A stretch of 64,000 nt of DNA from a bacterium (GTDB lineage Bacteria; Bacteroidota; Ignavibacteria; UBA10030), in contig JAZDJN010000061.1 in assembly GCA_043803945.1 (NCBI GenBank), forward strand, positions 32,001 through 96,000, read 5' to 3'. A model generated the notes under the pieces. That model did not search any database, had not been told where the DNA came from, and saw only the letters and a program-made list of their open reading frames with translations. Below, piece by piece: positions 48,159-59,393 of the stretch. Position 1 is the first letter of the stretch. Each line of letters begins with the position of its first letter. The translations under genes and the position numbers were made by a program.

Positions 48159-50516
48159 CTACTGAGAATATACCTGATTACTTTGAGATTTCAAAAAATG
48201 TGCTGCATAGACTTGACCAAGTGCAATCCCTCCATCGTTGGGCGGCACTCGTTGATGCCAGTAGGCCCGAAATCCGGAAGATTGCAGCGACCTGATCGTC
48301 CGTTCTGTGAGAACTCTATTCTGAAAACAGCCGCCGCTTAATATCACTCTCTCCTTTCCAGCTTTTCGGGCAATCTGAAGGATCATTTCGGCAAGCGTTG
48401 CATGAAATTTTGCAGCAATATGTTCAATCGGAATGCCAAACCGTTTCTCTTGTATCAGAGCAAGCAGAGAAGGCCTCCAATCAAGTCGTATTAATCCGGC
48501 CTTTTTTTCCTTCTCGGAAAGTCTTTCTGGTTCGACCAGGGTAAATTCGTATCGATCATCTGTACGTTCATCTGTGGCAATGAACTCCAGATCCATTGCT
48601 GCCTGTCCTTCGAAGCGGACTTCCTGTCGTAATCCCAGAAGAGATGCGACAGCATCAAAGAGCCTGCCGACACTGGAGGTGCGTGGTGAATTTATTCCTT
48701 TCACCATCATTTGCTGGAGCAGTGAGCGTTCAGCCGGAGAGAACGTGTTTACAGAATCGAGTTGATCTTCTTGCTGCCACCTCTCCCCTTCCAATTCTGC
48801 CAGAACTCCAATTGCCGTTCGGCGCGGATCCTTGATCGCTTTCTCTCCCCCGGGGAGTACAAACGGCCAAAGCGATGCAATGCGTTGAAATTCAGAATCC
48901 GATGTCACAAAGAATTCGCCGCCCCAAATTGTACCATCCAATCCAAAGCCAGTACCATCCCAGGCAACGCCGAGCACTTCACCCTCAATCTGGTTTTCCG
49001 CCATACACGATGCGACATGGGCTATGTGATGTTGAACCTCAACCACGGTTGTAAAATGGCTGTAGGCATGTTTTGTCGAGAGATAATCGGGGTGCGAATC
49101 ACAGACCACACTTTCTGCCCGGGTATCGTATAACGTTTGCAAATCGACCGATACTCTTCGAAATGCATCGAGCGATTCCGGTGTCTCCAAATCACCAATA
49201 TGCTGGCTAAGAAAAACCTGATTTCCGATCGAGAGTGCCACGGTATTCTTCAGATGTGCTCCAACCGAAAGGACTGGTTGATCGATTTTTTTATTCAATT
49301 GAATCGGCAGCGGAGCATAGCCGCGTGCTCTACGCAATACCAGCTCACGCCCGAGCATCACACGGACGATCGAATCATCCACATGCCGGACGATTGGACG
49401 ATTATGAATAAGGAAAAAGTCTGCAATTCCTTTCAATCGCTCAAGGGCTTCATGCTCATCGATACAGATCGGTTCATCGGAGCTATTACCGCTCGTGGCA
49501 ATGACCGGAAATCCCATCGCATTCATCAGCAAGTGATGTAACGGCGTATAGGGTACCAGAACGCCCAGATAAGGATTGTTTGGAGCAACAGAGCTGGCCA
49601 ATGATGCACCGCGGCGTTTCCTCAGAAGGACAATTGGGGATTCAGCAGATTGCAGCAACCGTTCTTCGTATTCCGAAACTTCACAGAGGCTCCTGACTAG
49701 TTCCACAGAGGGGATCATCACGGCAAATGGTTTTTCTTCCCGCTGCTTTCTCTTCCTGAGTCTCTGCACAGCTCGCTCATTTCTTGCATCCACAAGTAGA
49801 TGAAACCCACCTAATCCTTTAACCGCAACAATCTCTCCGTTCCGGATATGATTAGCACTCTGCAGCAAAGCATCGTGACGTTCCCCAAGAATCTTCCCTT
49901 CACAATCCCACAACTGGAGCTGCGGTCCGCAGTGAGGACATGCATTCGGCTGCGCGTGGAAGCGGCGGTCGGATGGATTTTCATATTCCTCCTGGCATTC
50001 ACAGCACATCGTAAACGATTTCATTGTTGTTTTAGGCCGGTCATATGGGAGGTTTTCGATGATGGAAAAACGCGGGCCGCAGTTGGTGCAATTGGTAAAT
50101 GGGTAGTTATAGCGCCTGTTTTGAGGATCGACGATATCGCGATAGCAATCGGGGCACGCTGCAAGGTCAGGAAGGACGAGGACGCTCTTCGTCCCCGAGT
50201 CGTCACTTGAACGGATTGTGAATGATGAATACCCCACTGCATCCAGAAAGGAAAATTCTAAACTCTGAATGAATGAACGAGGCGGCTTCTCTTTTTCAAG
50301 CCGAAGAACAAACCTGTCGAGATCCTCTTTCGCTCCCTCCACCTCAATGAAGACGCCTTGTGAGGTATTCGAGACCCACCCTGGAAGTTTTAATTGAAGG
50401 GCAAGACGGTAGACAAAGGGACGGAATCCGACTCCCTGCACAGCGCCCCTGATAATAACGCGGCAGCGGATGATTTCTCGTTTTTCATTATGCTCATTAT
50501 GAAAATCAAGCGGCAT
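48159..50516 (-). CDS. hypF: Carbamoyltransferase HypF
   Basis: GAVQGVGFRPF, zinc fingers CPDC..CTNCGPR / C..C..RRFHAQPNACPHCGP, QHHIAH and PPNDGGIALGQ. Confidence 0.97.
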   Translation of the reverse strand: MPLDFHNEHNEKREIIRCRVIIRGAVQGVGFRPFVYRLALQLKLPGWVSNTSQGVFIEVEGAKEDLDRFVLRLEKEKPPRSFIQSLEFSFLDAVGYSSFTIRSSDDSGTKSVLVLPDLAACPDCYRDIVDPQNRRYNYPFTNCTNCGPRFSIIENLPYDRPKTTMKSFTMCCECQEEYENPSDRRFHAQPNACPHCGPQLQLWDCEGKILGERHDALLQSANHIRNGEIVAVKGLGGFHLLVDARNERAVQRLRKRKQREEKPFAVMIPSVELVRSLCEVSEYEERLLQSAESPIVLLRKRRGASLASSVAPNNPYLGVLVPYTPLHHLLMNAMGFPVIATSGNSSDEPICIDEHEALERLKGIADFFLIHNRPIVRHVDDSIVRVMLGRELVLRRARGYAPLPIQLNKKIDQPVLSVGAHLKNTVALSIGNQVFLSQHIGDLETPESLDAFRRVSVDLQTLYDTRAESVVCDSHPDYLSTKHAYSHFTTVVEVQHHIAHVASCMAENQIEGEVLGVAWDGTGFGLDGTIWGGEFFVTSDSEFQRIASLWPFVLPGGEKAIKDPRRTAIGVLAELEGERWQQEDQLDSVNTFSPAERSLLQQMMVKGINSPRTSSVGRLFDAVASLLGLRQEVRFEGQAAMDLEFIATDERTDDRYEFTLVEPERLSEKEKKAGLIRLDWRPSLLALIQEKRFGIPIEHIAAKFHATLAEMILQIARKAGKERVILSGGCFQNRVLTERTIRSLQSSGFRAYWHQRVPPNDGGIALGQVYAAHFLKSQSNQVYSQ

Positions 50517-50551
50517 GAATTCCCATGGCAGTATGTCCTAGTTGAGTCAAC

Positions 50552-51169
50552 CTATATTCCCAGTAAGCGGATCATAATACCGGTCAACGCAATCACACCG
50601 CCGGCGATGACATCGGAGGCGTGTTCAAACCAATGGGAACGAAACAATGATAGCCCATACACTGCCAGATGAACCTGGAGGAGCATCATGAATATTGTTG
50701 CAATACCGAAGAGTATAAAGATGAGAAAGACCGAGCTCCATCCATAAGCCGAGCTGGCGAAGATGAGCGGGATGAGCGGCTCGCATGGACCAAAAACAAT
50801 GAGGGCGAAGAGGGTCCAATAGGAGACTGTTTTCGTCTTATCCATATCGTGCGAGTGTTTGCGCCCCCAATTTTTCAAACCCCAGACCATGTAGGCGACA
50901 CCAAAGCCGATGAGCAGTAGTGATGCCACATTACCGCGATTCGATTCCCACAAGTTAACTCGCTCCGCTGCAAATCCAAGGAGAATGCCCAATGCCCCGA
51001 TTGCAAGACTCGATGCAACATGGCCGACTCCTGCCAGCGCCGTGACGGTCGTGATTTTCCATTTTCCCCAGGATTGTGCACGGGCGAGCGCTGCGAACGG
51101 AAGCCAGTGATCGGGGGCCAATGCATGGAGCAGGCTAATTGTGATTGTCGAAAAAACCAGAACATCCAT
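50552..51169 (-). CDS. Nickel/cobalt transporter-like membrane protein (NiCoT/UreH-like)
   Basis: HALAPDH (HX4DH) motif, GH in TM2, His-containing loop and FGPCE; inside the hyp/hox cluster. Confidence 0.7.
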   Translation of the reverse strand: MDVLVFSTITISLLHALAPDHWLPFAALARAQSWGKWKITTVTALAGVGHVASSLAIGALGILLGFAAERVNLWESNRGNVASLLLIGFGVAYMVWGLKNWGRKHSHDMDKTKTVSYWTLFALIVFGPCEPLIPLIFASSAYGWSSVFLIFILFGIATIFMMLLQVHLAVYGLSLFRSHWFEHASDVIAGGVIALTGIMIRLLGI

Positions 51170-51181
51170 TATCGTTCTTCC

Positions 51182-51640
51182 TTAGTATTTTGCCTCATTG
51201 TGAATCTGTTCTGAAATACGCTTGCCGCACCATTCAACAGCGCTCTTGATCATCTGCTCTGTGAACTCCGTGCAGGTTTCTCCGAGCGCAAAATCCACTG
51301 CCGGGATTCCCACCTGCCATGCAATGCGGGGAGCTCTCTTGTACAGCAGTAAACATGTATTGAGAAGTTGTTGAGGAGACAGGGTGTGCGAACTCAGACT
51401 GCCAACATCTTCAGATGGCTGTAATAGCTGAATCGCCGGCTCAGTGCCTTCACGAATAGCATCCAGAAAAAAAACCATGGAGTATTCTGCAAGCGATTCG
51501 GCAATCTCTAAACTCAATTGATGGGAACAATAACAATCGACTGCTGGAAATTGTTTACTTAAAAGCTCCGCAGCACGAACACCCGCACCATCATCCCGAC
51601 GAAGTGTATTCCCGTAGCCAATTATCAGACATGACTTCAT
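51182..51640 (-). CDS. Hydrogenase maturation protease (HoxW-like)
   Basis: MKSCLIIGYGNTLRRDDGAG, FLDA and SSH; start 51640 overlaps the hoxH stop (ATGA). Confidence 0.85.
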   Translation of the reverse strand: MKSCLIIGYGNTLRRDDGAGVRAAELLSKQFPAVDCYCSHQLSLEIAESLAEYSMVFFLDAIREGTEPAIQLLQPSEDVGSLSSHTLSPQQLLNTCLLLYKRAPRIAWQVGIPAVDFALGETCTEFTEQMIKSAVEWCGKRISEQIHNEAKY

Positions 51641-53064
51641 CGACGCAATTCTTGCACCAATCTCCCCTGAGCATCGAAGACCTGGAGTTCCATCGGCATT
51701 TGACCCAGTGCGTGGGTTGAGCAGGAGAGGCACGGATCGAAACACCGGATTCCTGCTTCGATACGATTGAAAATCCCTTCCCGGATTTCTTTGCCGTCGA
51801 TATATTGCATCGCGATCTGCCGTACTGTTCGGTTCATGGCCAGATTATTCTGTGCCGTTGCGATCAGCATGTTGACGTTCTTCAGCACCCCATTTTCATC
51901 AACCCAATAATGGTGGAAGAGAGTTCCCCGCGGCGCTTCGCAGAAGCCAACACCCTCAAAGCGATTGACCACCGCTTTCGAGCGTACATGCACATCGAGC
52001 AGAGCGGGATCATTCAGTAATATTTCTATTTTTTCTACGGCAAAGAGCATTTCAATCAACCGTGCGTAGTGGAAATAAAACGAATTGTTCACCGCTTCGG
52101 CTTTTCCTGCCATTGCTTTAAATATTTTTCGCTCCGCCTCAGCGAGCGGTGTCTCGATATAATCACAAATATTCACACGTGCCAGAGGGCCGACACGGTA
52201 CATTCCCCGCTGGTACCCCAGTCCTTTGTAATACGGGAACTTGAGATACGACCAGCTCTCCGATTTTTCGGCAAAGTATTCATAGTATTTCCGCGGATTC
52301 AGTTTTTCGGCGATGATATTACCGTCGCCATCCATGATGCGGAGGTACCCGTCGTAATATTCCAGGCCGCCATCTTCCGATACCAGGCCGACAAAGAGAG
52401 AGCGGAAGTTTCCGAAGTTCGGAATTTCCGTCTCGTACTGCTTATGCACTTTCTTTATCGTTGCAAGGGCAAGCAGCGCGGTTTCTTTCATCTCCGGAAT
52501 TTTCCCGAGGAGATACTCCTTTTTACTTTTATCAAACGGCTCCCGTACCCCGCCTGCCACCGCCCAAGGTGTGTGGATTCTCCGGCCGCCCAGAGCTTCA
52601 ATGATCTCCTGACCAAACTTTCGTAAGAGAATACCGCGTCGTGCAAACTCCTTGTCTGCAGCGATCAGTCCAAAGATATTCCTCTTCGCCGGATCAGAAT
52701 CAAATCCTAGAAGGAAATCTGGAGAGGAGAGATGGAAGAAGCTGAGCGCATGCGATTGCGTCCACTGTGCCAATGTCAGGAGCCGGCGGAGCATCTGTGC
52801 CGTTTCCGGGATGGAGACAGCAAGAATTTCATCCCCCGCCTTGGCGGAGGCAATAAGATGGCTTGCCGGACAGATCCCGCAAATTCGGGATGTTAATCCG
52901 GGCATTTCCCACATCAATCGCCCCTGGCAGAATTTTTCGAATCCCCGGAACTCGTTGACATGAAAACGGGCATCTTCCACAACATTCTTGTCATCCAAGT
53001 GAATTGTGATTTTGGCGTGCCCCTCAATGCGGGTCACCGGCTCAATGGTTATGATCTTCGGCAT
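51637..53064 (-). CDS. hoxH: Bidirectional NiFe hydrogenase large subunit (group 3d)
   Basis: EPVTRIEGH, L1 SRICGICPASH and L2 FDPCLSCSTH with C-terminal extension. Confidence 0.93.
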   Translation of the reverse strand: MPKIITIEPVTRIEGHAKITIHLDDKNVVEDARFHVNEFRGFEKFCQGRLMWEMPGLTSRICGICPASHLIASAKAGDEILAVSIPETAQMLRRLLTLAQWTQSHALSFFHLSSPDFLLGFDSDPAKRNIFGLIAADKEFARRGILLRKFGQEIIEALGGRRIHTPWAVAGGVREPFDKSKKEYLLGKIPEMKETALLALATIKKVHKQYETEIPNFGNFRSLFVGLVSEDGGLEYYDGYLRIMDGDGNIIAEKLNPRKYYEYFAEKSESWSYLKFPYYKGLGYQRGMYRVGPLARVNICDYIETPLAEAERKIFKAMAGKAEAVNNSFYFHYARLIEMLFAVEKIEILLNDPALLDVHVRSKAVVNRFEGVGFCEAPRGTLFHHYWVDENGVLKNVNMLIATAQNNLAMNRTVRQIAMQYIDGKEIREGIFNRIEAGIRCFDPCLSCSTHALGQMPMELQVFDAQGRLVQELRR

Positions 53065-53134
53065 AGGTCTCTTCTCAAATAGAATTCGTTCTCACACGTT
53101 CACAGGCTGCACAAGACCGCCTGCGTTCTTTTCG

Positions 53135-53671
53135 TTATCCAAAGCGGAGGTAGACAGTCGTCAATTCCGGAATTTTTCCCTGGAGCAGTTCACCCATCGC
53201 AAACCAGATTTGTTCCGGCGTCGGAGGGCATCCATGGAGAAAAGCATCCACCGTTATTATTTCATGGAGCGGCCGCGCCTGGGGGAGCAGTTTTGCAATC
53301 GTCAAGAAATCCGATGGAATACTTGGCTCGGCATCGGCCAGCGTCACATAAGAATGATGGATGATCTCATCGGGGCTGAACTTGTTCCGCAGTGCCGTCA
53401 CATTCCCTGTCGTGGCACAATCGCCAAAGGAGATCACAAATTTGGAATTCTTCCGGATGGTATGGGCAAGCTCTTCATTCTCCACATTGGAAACTGCTCC
53501 TTCCACCAGCGTAACATCGACATCCTTTGGGAAATGCTTCACATCTGCCAGGGGTGAGAAGACAATATCCATCTTATCGGCAAGTTCGATGAGCCGTTCG
53601 TCCATGTCGAGGAATGACATATGACATCCCGAACATCCTCCCAGCCATACAGTTGCTACTTTTGGTTTCAT
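53135..53671 (-). CDS. hoxY: Bidirectional hydrogenase small subunit
   Basis: WLGGCSGCHMSFLD, FGDCATTGNV and GCPP; 178 aa, single-cluster type. Confidence 0.92.
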   Translation of the reverse strand: MKPKVATVWLGGCSGCHMSFLDMDERLIELADKMDIVFSPLADVKHFPKDVDVTLVEGAVSNVENEELAHTIRKNSKFVISFGDCATTGNVTALRNKFSPDEIIHHSYVTLADAEPSIPSDFLTIAKLLPQARPLHEIITVDAFLHGCPPTPEQIWFAMGELLQGKIPELTTVYLRFG

Positions 53672-53777
53672 GGTCTACTCTTCCATATTCTATAATGTTT
53701 GATTCCTTTGGAGAACAGCCACCGCTCTTTACTCTCGTATCGTGTTAACGATGGCATACGCCGACATCCAGGATCGC

Positions 53778-54512
53778 TTATTCCTCTCCTGTTTCCACGC
53801 CAATCCATTCGTGCTTACTGCGGGCCGTGACGATATATTTCAGAAAATCACGCTGCTTCTGCATTTCGGCGATCGTCGCACCTTTTTCCACCAGTGCTCC
53901 AACCGGACAAACCATCACGCATTTACCGCAGGAAGTGCACCGGTCTGATGTCCCCCACGGTTGATTCATATCGCAGATGATCTCGCAGTTGATTCCACGG
54001 CCTGCAACATCCCACACATGCGCCCCCTCGACCTCATGGCACACACGCAGGCAGCGGGTGCAAAGCACACACCGGTTGCGGTCCATAATGAAATCCCTAT
54101 GCGTCGCATCCAGATCCTTCTTGGGATAGAGGTACGGAAATCGCACATACTGCAGTCCGACATCATAGGCGAGATTCTGCAATTCACAGTGACTGTTGAC
54201 AACACAGACGGCACACTGGTGATTTCCTTCCGAGGCAAGCAACTCTATGATCATCCTCCGGTATCGCTTCAGTCGATCCGTATTGGTGGAGACCACCATC
54301 CCCTCAATCGGACGCGTTGTACAGGCCGGAGCAAGCTTTGTCCAACCTTTCACTTCCAGGAGACAAAGACGGCACGCTCCGACATCCGATAATCCATCAA
54401 GATTGCAGAGTGTCGGAATATGAATTTTATGTTGACGCGCAATTTCGAGCAGGGTTTCGCTGTCGTTTGCACTCAGTTGGTGTTCATCGATTGTTAATGT
54501 GACTATGGCCAT
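53778..54512 (-). CDS. hoxU: Diaphorase Fe-S subunit HoxU
   Basis: IPTLC..GACRLC, H.CAVC....C, CVLCTRCLRVC and CTSCGKCVMVCP. Confidence 0.93.
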   Translation of the reverse strand: MAIVTLTIDEHQLSANDSETLLEIARQHKIHIPTLCNLDGLSDVGACRLCLLEVKGWTKLAPACTTRPIEGMVVSTNTDRLKRYRRMIIELLASEGNHQCAVCVVNSHCELQNLAYDVGLQYVRFPYLYPKKDLDATHRDFIMDRNRCVLCTRCLRVCHEVEGAHVWDVAGRGINCEIICDMNQPWGTSDRCTSCGKCVMVCPVGALVEKGATIAEMQKQRDFLKYIVTARSKHEWIGVETGEE

Positions 54513-54521
54513 ATCGAATTC

Positions 54522-56177
54522 CTACTTTGCAATGGTTTCAGGCTCGTGGGTCGCTTGCGAAGGAATGAATACCTCACGTTCCTTCAACAGCTCTTCATAT
54601 TCATGCTTGAAGAATCGCAGTGTGGAAAGGACAGGATTTGGAGCCGATTGACCCAATCCGCAAAGACTCGTCTCCTTCACCATCATACAGAGTTCCTCCA
54701 GCAGGGTGAGATCGTCAATCGTACCTTTCCCCTGAGATATTTTATCAAGAATATTATAAATTTGAACCGTTCCGACCCTGCATGGGACACATTTCCCGCA
54801 CGACTCATCCATGCAGAATTCCATAAAGTATTTTGCCACTTCGACCATCTTCGACGTTGAATCCATAACGATCATGCCACCGCTCCCCATGATCGAACCA
54901 ACGGCTGGCAGCGAGTCGTAATCGACCGGCAGATCAAGATGTTCTTCCGGGATGCATCCTCCGGACGGTCCGCCAGTCTGTGCCGCTTTGAATTTCGTTC
55001 CTTCGGGTGTCCCACCTCCAATGTCGAAAATGATTTTTCTGAGCGGAACTCCCATGGGTACTTCGATGAGTCCCGTATTATTGATTTTTCCGGCGAGGGC
55101 GAACACTTTTGTTCCCGCGCTTTTCGGCGTTCCGAAACCAGTAAACCATTCCGAACCATTGCGGATAATCGGGGCGATATTGGCGAAGGTCTCCACATTG
55201 TTGATCAATGTGGGCATACCCCAAAGGCCTTTCTCTGCCGGGTAGGGAGGTCGCGGGCGGGGACGGCCGCGTCGTCCTTCAATCGATCGAAGTAATGCCG
55301 TCTCTTCGCCGCAAACGAATGCCCCCGCACCAATGCGGATGTCAATCCGGAAGTTAAACTGGGAATCGAAAATTCTATTCCCGAGAATTCCCAGCCGCTC
55401 CGCCTGCTTGATTGCAACTTTCAATCGATCGATAGCGAGCGGATATTCAGCGCGCACATAGATGAATCCCTGGTTCGCACCAACAGCATAGCCGCCGATT
55501 GCCATACCCTCCAAGACCCGGTGCGGATCACCTTCAAGAACACTGCGATCCATAAATGCACCCGGATCACCTTCATCGGCATTACAGACAACATACTTCT
55601 GGTCATTCTTTACTTTGCGGACAATTCCCCACTTGAGACCGGTTGGGAATCCGGCGCCGCCGCGCCCTCGCAATCCGCTTCGGCGGATTATTTCGATGAC
55701 CTCATCGGGCGACATTTCCGTCAAGGCACGGGATAGAGGTTCATAGCCATCGACAGCAATATATTCTTCAATGCTCTCGGCATTGATCCTGCCGCTATTT
55801 TCCAGGACAATCTTTTGCTGGTAGATAAAGAAGGGATGGTCGGCGGGGATGAGGTTCGATTCAACAACTTTGCCTTCAACCAGGTGCTCTTCAACGATTC
55901 TCTTCGCTACCGTCTCATCCACTTTGGAGTAGGTGGTTTCATTCGGGAAGACTTTCACCATGGGGCCTTCACCGCACAATCCCATGCACCCCGACCCAAT
56001 GAGCTCGCATTGTTTATCGAGATTCTTCTCTTTCAGTGCAGCGGCGAGTGCGTCCTTTACGCCATTGCTGCCGCAGGATATACAGCCGGCAGCGGCGCAG
56101 TACAACAAGCGGAATTTATATTTTTCCTGACGTGCGCGTTCTTTTTCAGTTAGTTCTTGTAGTTCTTCCAGTGTCAT
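54522..56177 (-). CDS. hoxF: Diaphorase NADH/FMN-binding subunit HoxF
   Basis: N-terminal 2Fe-2S domain, [31 protein letters not shown] and [10 protein letters not shown]; start 56177 overlaps the hoxE stop. Confidence 0.93.
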   Translation of the reverse strand: MTLEELQELTEKERARQEKYKFRLLYCAAAGCISCGSNGVKDALAAALKEKNLDKQCELIGSGCMGLCGEGPMVKVFPNETTYSKVDETVAKRIVEEHLVEGKVVESNLIPADHPFFIYQQKIVLENSGRINAESIEEYIAVDGYEPLSRALTEMSPDEVIEIIRRSGLRGRGGAGFPTGLKWGIVRKVKNDQKYVVCNADEGDPGAFMDRSVLEGDPHRVLEGMAIGGYAVGANQGFIYVRAEYPLAIDRLKVAIKQAERLGILGNRIFDSQFNFRIDIRIGAGAFVCGEETALLRSIEGRRGRPRPRPPYPAEKGLWGMPTLINNVETFANIAPIIRNGSEWFTGFGTPKSAGTKVFALAGKINNTGLIEVPMGVPLRKIIFDIGGGTPEGTKFKAAQTGGPSGGCIPEEHLDLPVDYDSLPAVGSIMGSGGMIVMDSTSKMVEVAKYFMEFCMDESCGKCVPCRVGTVQIYNILDKISQGKGTIDDLTLLEELCMMVKETSLCGLGQSAPNPVLSTLRFFKHEYEELLKEREVFIPSQATHEPETIAK

Positions 56178-56692
56178 GCTGCAGCCTCCTTCTCTTTCTG
56201 CCAAACCTTGACCCGTTCAAGAGATATCTCTGCGGTCATTTTCCCGGCAACCTCCGTATCGAGAACGCCAACCGGTGCAATGCCGCATGAGCCGACACAG
56301 CGGGCAGAGATGAGAGAAATATTTTGATCGGGTGTCGTTTCACCGAACTTCACCCCGCAATGGCACTCCACCGCCTTCTGAATGTCGGAGGCACCTTTGA
56401 CATAACATGCGGTTCCGAGACAAAGAACGAACGTGTGCTTGCCCGTCGGTTTCATGCGGAAGAAGTGATAGAATGTTGCGACGCCATAGACCTGGCTCAG
56501 CGGGCGCCTCAAGGCGCGGGCAACATAGATGAGCAGGTCATTTTCGAGATAGCCGAAGATGCCTTGCGCCACATGGAGGATTTCGATGAGTGCATCGCCC
56601 TTGCCTTGATGTTTTGTGATCGCGCGATCCAGCAGCTTGAAGCGATTATCACCGCTGGGGTGGGCTGCAGTTTTTTTCGTTTCGGTTGCCAT
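56174..56692 (-). CDS. hoxE: HoxE (NuoE-like 2Fe-2S subunit)
   Basis: [27 protein letters not shown] and [10 protein letters not shown]. Confidence 0.93.
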   Translation of the reverse strand: MATETKKTAAHPSGDNRFKLLDRAITKHQGKGDALIEILHVAQGIFGYLENDLLIYVARALRRPLSQVYGVATFYHFFRMKPTGKHTFVLCLGTACYVKGASDIQKAVECHCGVKFGETTPDQNISLISARCVGSCGIAPVGVLDTEVAGKMTAEISLERVKVWQKEKEAAA

Positions 56693-56710
56693 GGGATTTG
56701 TGTGAGTGTG

Positions 56711-57382
56711 CTAAGTTGAACGGTTTATGGATAAATCATGGACCTGTTGTTCCAGCCAGGTGCACCATTCGGGAATTCCCGCAAGCGACGTGCACGACGT
56801 CTCAAAGACTTTCAGGCGTGGATTAATCGAGAGTGCATTCTTTTTCAGAACAGCGACATTGGCATTCAGGTACGGGAGCAAATCGATTTTATTGATTATG
56901 AGTACCGAAGCATTCATGAACATGGAGGGATACTTGAGCGGCTTGTCATCCCCTTCCGTGGTGCTTGCCACGACAATTTTCATTGCTTCGCCGAGATCGT
57001 AGTTCGACGGGCAAACGAGATTACCGACATTTTCAATCACGAGCAGCTGGACATCCTGCATGGAAAGATTCGACAGTGCATCTTGCACCAGTTTCGCATC
57101 GAGGTGGCAGCCGCCGTTGGTCACAATCTGAACGACCGGCACACCGAATGCAGCAACGCGCTGTGCATCCAGATCTGTCTGCACATCGCCTTCGATGACT
57201 GCTATGCAAAGTTTTCCCGCGCTCTGTTTCAATGTTTGCTCAAGGAGACTTGTTTTCCCTGAGCCGGGTGAACTCACAAGATTAATTGCTAGAATATTCT
57301 TTTCTTGGAAGAGCGCGCGGTTTTGCTCTGCGAGCTGATCGTTCTTTTCCAGTACTTTTCGTTCGATCGTGATAATGCTCAC
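56711..57382 (-). CDS. hypB: Hydrogenase nickel incorporation GTPase HypB
   Basis: SSPGSGKT, GGCHLDA, ENVGNLVCP, EGDDKPLKYP and NKIDL. Confidence 0.96.
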   Translation of the reverse strand: MSIITIERKVLEKNDQLAEQNRALFQEKNILAINLVSSPGSGKTSLLEQTLKQSAGKLCIAVIEGDVQTDLDAQRVAAFGVPVVQIVTNGGCHLDAKLVQDALSNLSMQDVQLLVIENVGNLVCPSNYDLGEAMKIVVASTTEGDDKPLKYPSMFMNASVLIINKIDLLPYLNANVAVLKKNALSINPRLKVFETSCTSLAGIPEWCTWLEQQVHDLSINRST

Positions 57383-57741
57383 CGGAGCACTCCCTGGGCA
57401 TCCGCTAATTCAATGTCCATCACCTGGAGTTCTCTTCCGGAGAGAATTGTCGTGTCGGCACCGCCGCAATGTGAGCAAAGCTGGTGTCCGATATCGTTGC
57501 TGGAATCTTTTCCACAGATCTTACAATTCAGGATGAATGGAATATGATCGATCTCGAGATGAGCCGCGTGAAGAGAAGTTCGAGCTGTGAGAGCAGAAAA
57601 AGAAAAATCTAGTGAGTCGGGGACAATGCCGGCGAGTTTACCAAGTTTGATCCGTACCGCCCTGACGTATGGAACATCGGGTTCGGGAATGTATTGATGA
57701 ACGATATCGACAATGCTTTGTGCTACTGATAATTCATGCAT
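57379..57741 (-). CDS. hypA: Hydrogenase nickel metallochaperone HypA
   Basis: MHELSVAQS start at 57741; CKIC..CSHC and GREL. Confidence 0.95.
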   Translation of the reverse strand: MHELSVAQSIVDIVHQYIPEPDVPYVRAVRIKLGKLAGIVPDSLDFSFSALTARTSLHAAHLEIDHIPFILNCKICGKDSSNDIGHQLCSHCGGADTTILSGRELQVMDIELADAQGVLR

Positions 57742-58019
57742 ACCATTCCGCTCCACTTAGAATCAAGAAATTCCAACGACGCTCATCACAAGTTTTGGAG
57801 CTACCGGGCGTTGGGATGAAGGTAGAATATTCTTATTTAAAAAACCACAAGAGAAAAAATAAGGGGTGCGAGAGGACGAGGGTAAGAGGGTAAGAGTTGG
57901 ATGAGCGTAATATCAGGAAAATACCTTCTGTTGGTTCCGGTAATTTTCTGCGAAGATGACCGGCAACTGATCTTAGTTCTATCTGAGAAAAGTGATAGTC
58001 TAGGAGTGTTATTCATTCA

Positions 58020-59393
58020 CTATGTCATCTCTTTGCTGATATATCGATCATCATAATAGGTAATCAGATCTATCGCGCTTTCCTTATGCTTATAAATTAC
58101 TATCTGAGGCGCAGGTATGATTTGTCCTAAATCTCTATAATGAAAGCTTAATCCATAAGCAACGGCTAGTCGATGATAATCATTCATAGGCAAATTTCTT
58201 GCAATCAACTCATCAGGCTTCTGGAGGGGCTCATAACGAAAAGGGCTACGATCTTTATAATTCCCATGTAAGTAATCATTCACAACCTTTAATAATACGG
58301 TATGATAGAAATTCAACTGAGAACCACCGCCACAGAAGTGGCAGGGAATTCCTCTCTTCCAGTCCCTTGATTCTGAATTAAGCCTAACCATTCTATCGAT
58401 TGAGCGAGTAAAAGAAAGGCGACATTCATTCAGGAATGTTTCATCACCTTTATCGCATAAATCTTCGACAATTTTATAAATCTTCTCTTTCGGAAACATT
58501 TCCTCTATTCGATTATGAACCGGTGCCATTGGATCATTCCAATGAGCATCAGATTTAAGATTACTCACAAAGCAATCCAACAATAGTTTCCTTCTATATT
58601 CCTGCAATCTCAGTGCTCCATTAAGGGTTACAATAGCTGTGAAAAATGGGAACTGGTCTTGGCCATCCTTCCTAAATAAATTAAAAGCACATACATCCAG
58701 TGTATTTGCGCCAATATCAACTATGACATGCATTCCATCTTGCCTTTTATCAGAATTTGCATATCCTAAGAATTCAGCAATAACTTCTGGGATGGTATTA
58801 ATATTTTCTCGTAGAATCTCTGACTCAAAAGTGATATCACCTGCTTGGTTAAGTAAGGGCTCAATATCATTGATATTTACCGGCTGTTCTTTTTCTGATA
58901 GTTTCCAGGCTACAATCCCAATCTGCTTGAACAATGGATCAAGAACTTCATGCTTATAGATTTGAGATGGTACACCTATATTCAGGCGCCACTGTATGTG
59001 TGAAGAAGAAAACTCTCTACCATGTTCCAATTCGAACCAGTTTCGTATATATGCAATTGTCAGTGCATTGTATGCTATTGCAAGTATCCGAGCTTCTAAA
59101 CTTCGAAAATCTCCACTTGTTGGGTTTACAAATAGTTGAGGATCTTCGAGTAAACACTCTTTGCTCGATGAGAACCTTGACCAACTATCGTTGACCTTCA
59201 GAGAACAATCACCCTCTTTTGATATCCATATACTTGCAGGTAATAGAAAACAATTTGTTTTGTGTCCATATTTGCCAAAATAAACCGCCCATTTTTTTTG
59301 ACCGACAACATATGGTGCTTGTACAACAGCTTTTGTACATGCTGTACCAAAATCTAGCCCAATTATTAATGGGATATTTCTCTTCTCAAGCAT
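58020..59393 (-). CDS. Actin/Hsp70-fold (ASKHA) ATPase-like protein of unknown function
   Basis: Phosphate-1 IIGLDFGTACTK, connect-1 IPEVIA, phosphate-2 IVDIGANTLDV, adenosine CGGGS and connect-2 RLAVAYGLS. Confidence 0.75.
   Translation of the reverse strand: MLEKRNIPLIIGLDFGTACTKAVVQAPYVVGQKKWAVYFGKYGHKTNCFLLPASIWISKEGDCSLKVNDSWSRFSSSKECLLEDPQLFVNPTSGDFRSLEARILAIAYNALTIAYIRNWFELEHGREFSSSHIQWRLNIGVPSQIYKHEVLDPLFKQIGIVAWKLSEKEQPVNINDIEPLLNQAGDITFESEILRENINTIPEVIAEFLGYANSDKRQDGMHVIVDIGANTLDVCAFNLFRKDGQDQFPFFTAIVTLNGALRLQEYRRKLLLDCFVSNLKSDAHWNDPMAPVHNRIEEMFPKEKIYKIVEDLCDKGDETFLNECRLSFTRSIDRMVRLNSESRDWKRGIPCHFCGGGSQLNFYHTVLLKVVNDYLHGNYKDRSPFRYEPLQKPDELIARNLPMNDYHRLAVAYGLSFHYRDLGQIIPAPQIVIYKHKESAIDLITYYDDRYISKEMT

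Noticed and set aside
54522-56692. nuoEF of respiratory complex I
   Set aside because: Followed by hoxU, hoxY and hoxH, with no membrane nuo genes.
58020-59393. dnaK or mreB
   Set aside because: Only the core ASKHA motifs match; no DnaK substrate-binding domain and no mreCD or dnaJ context.
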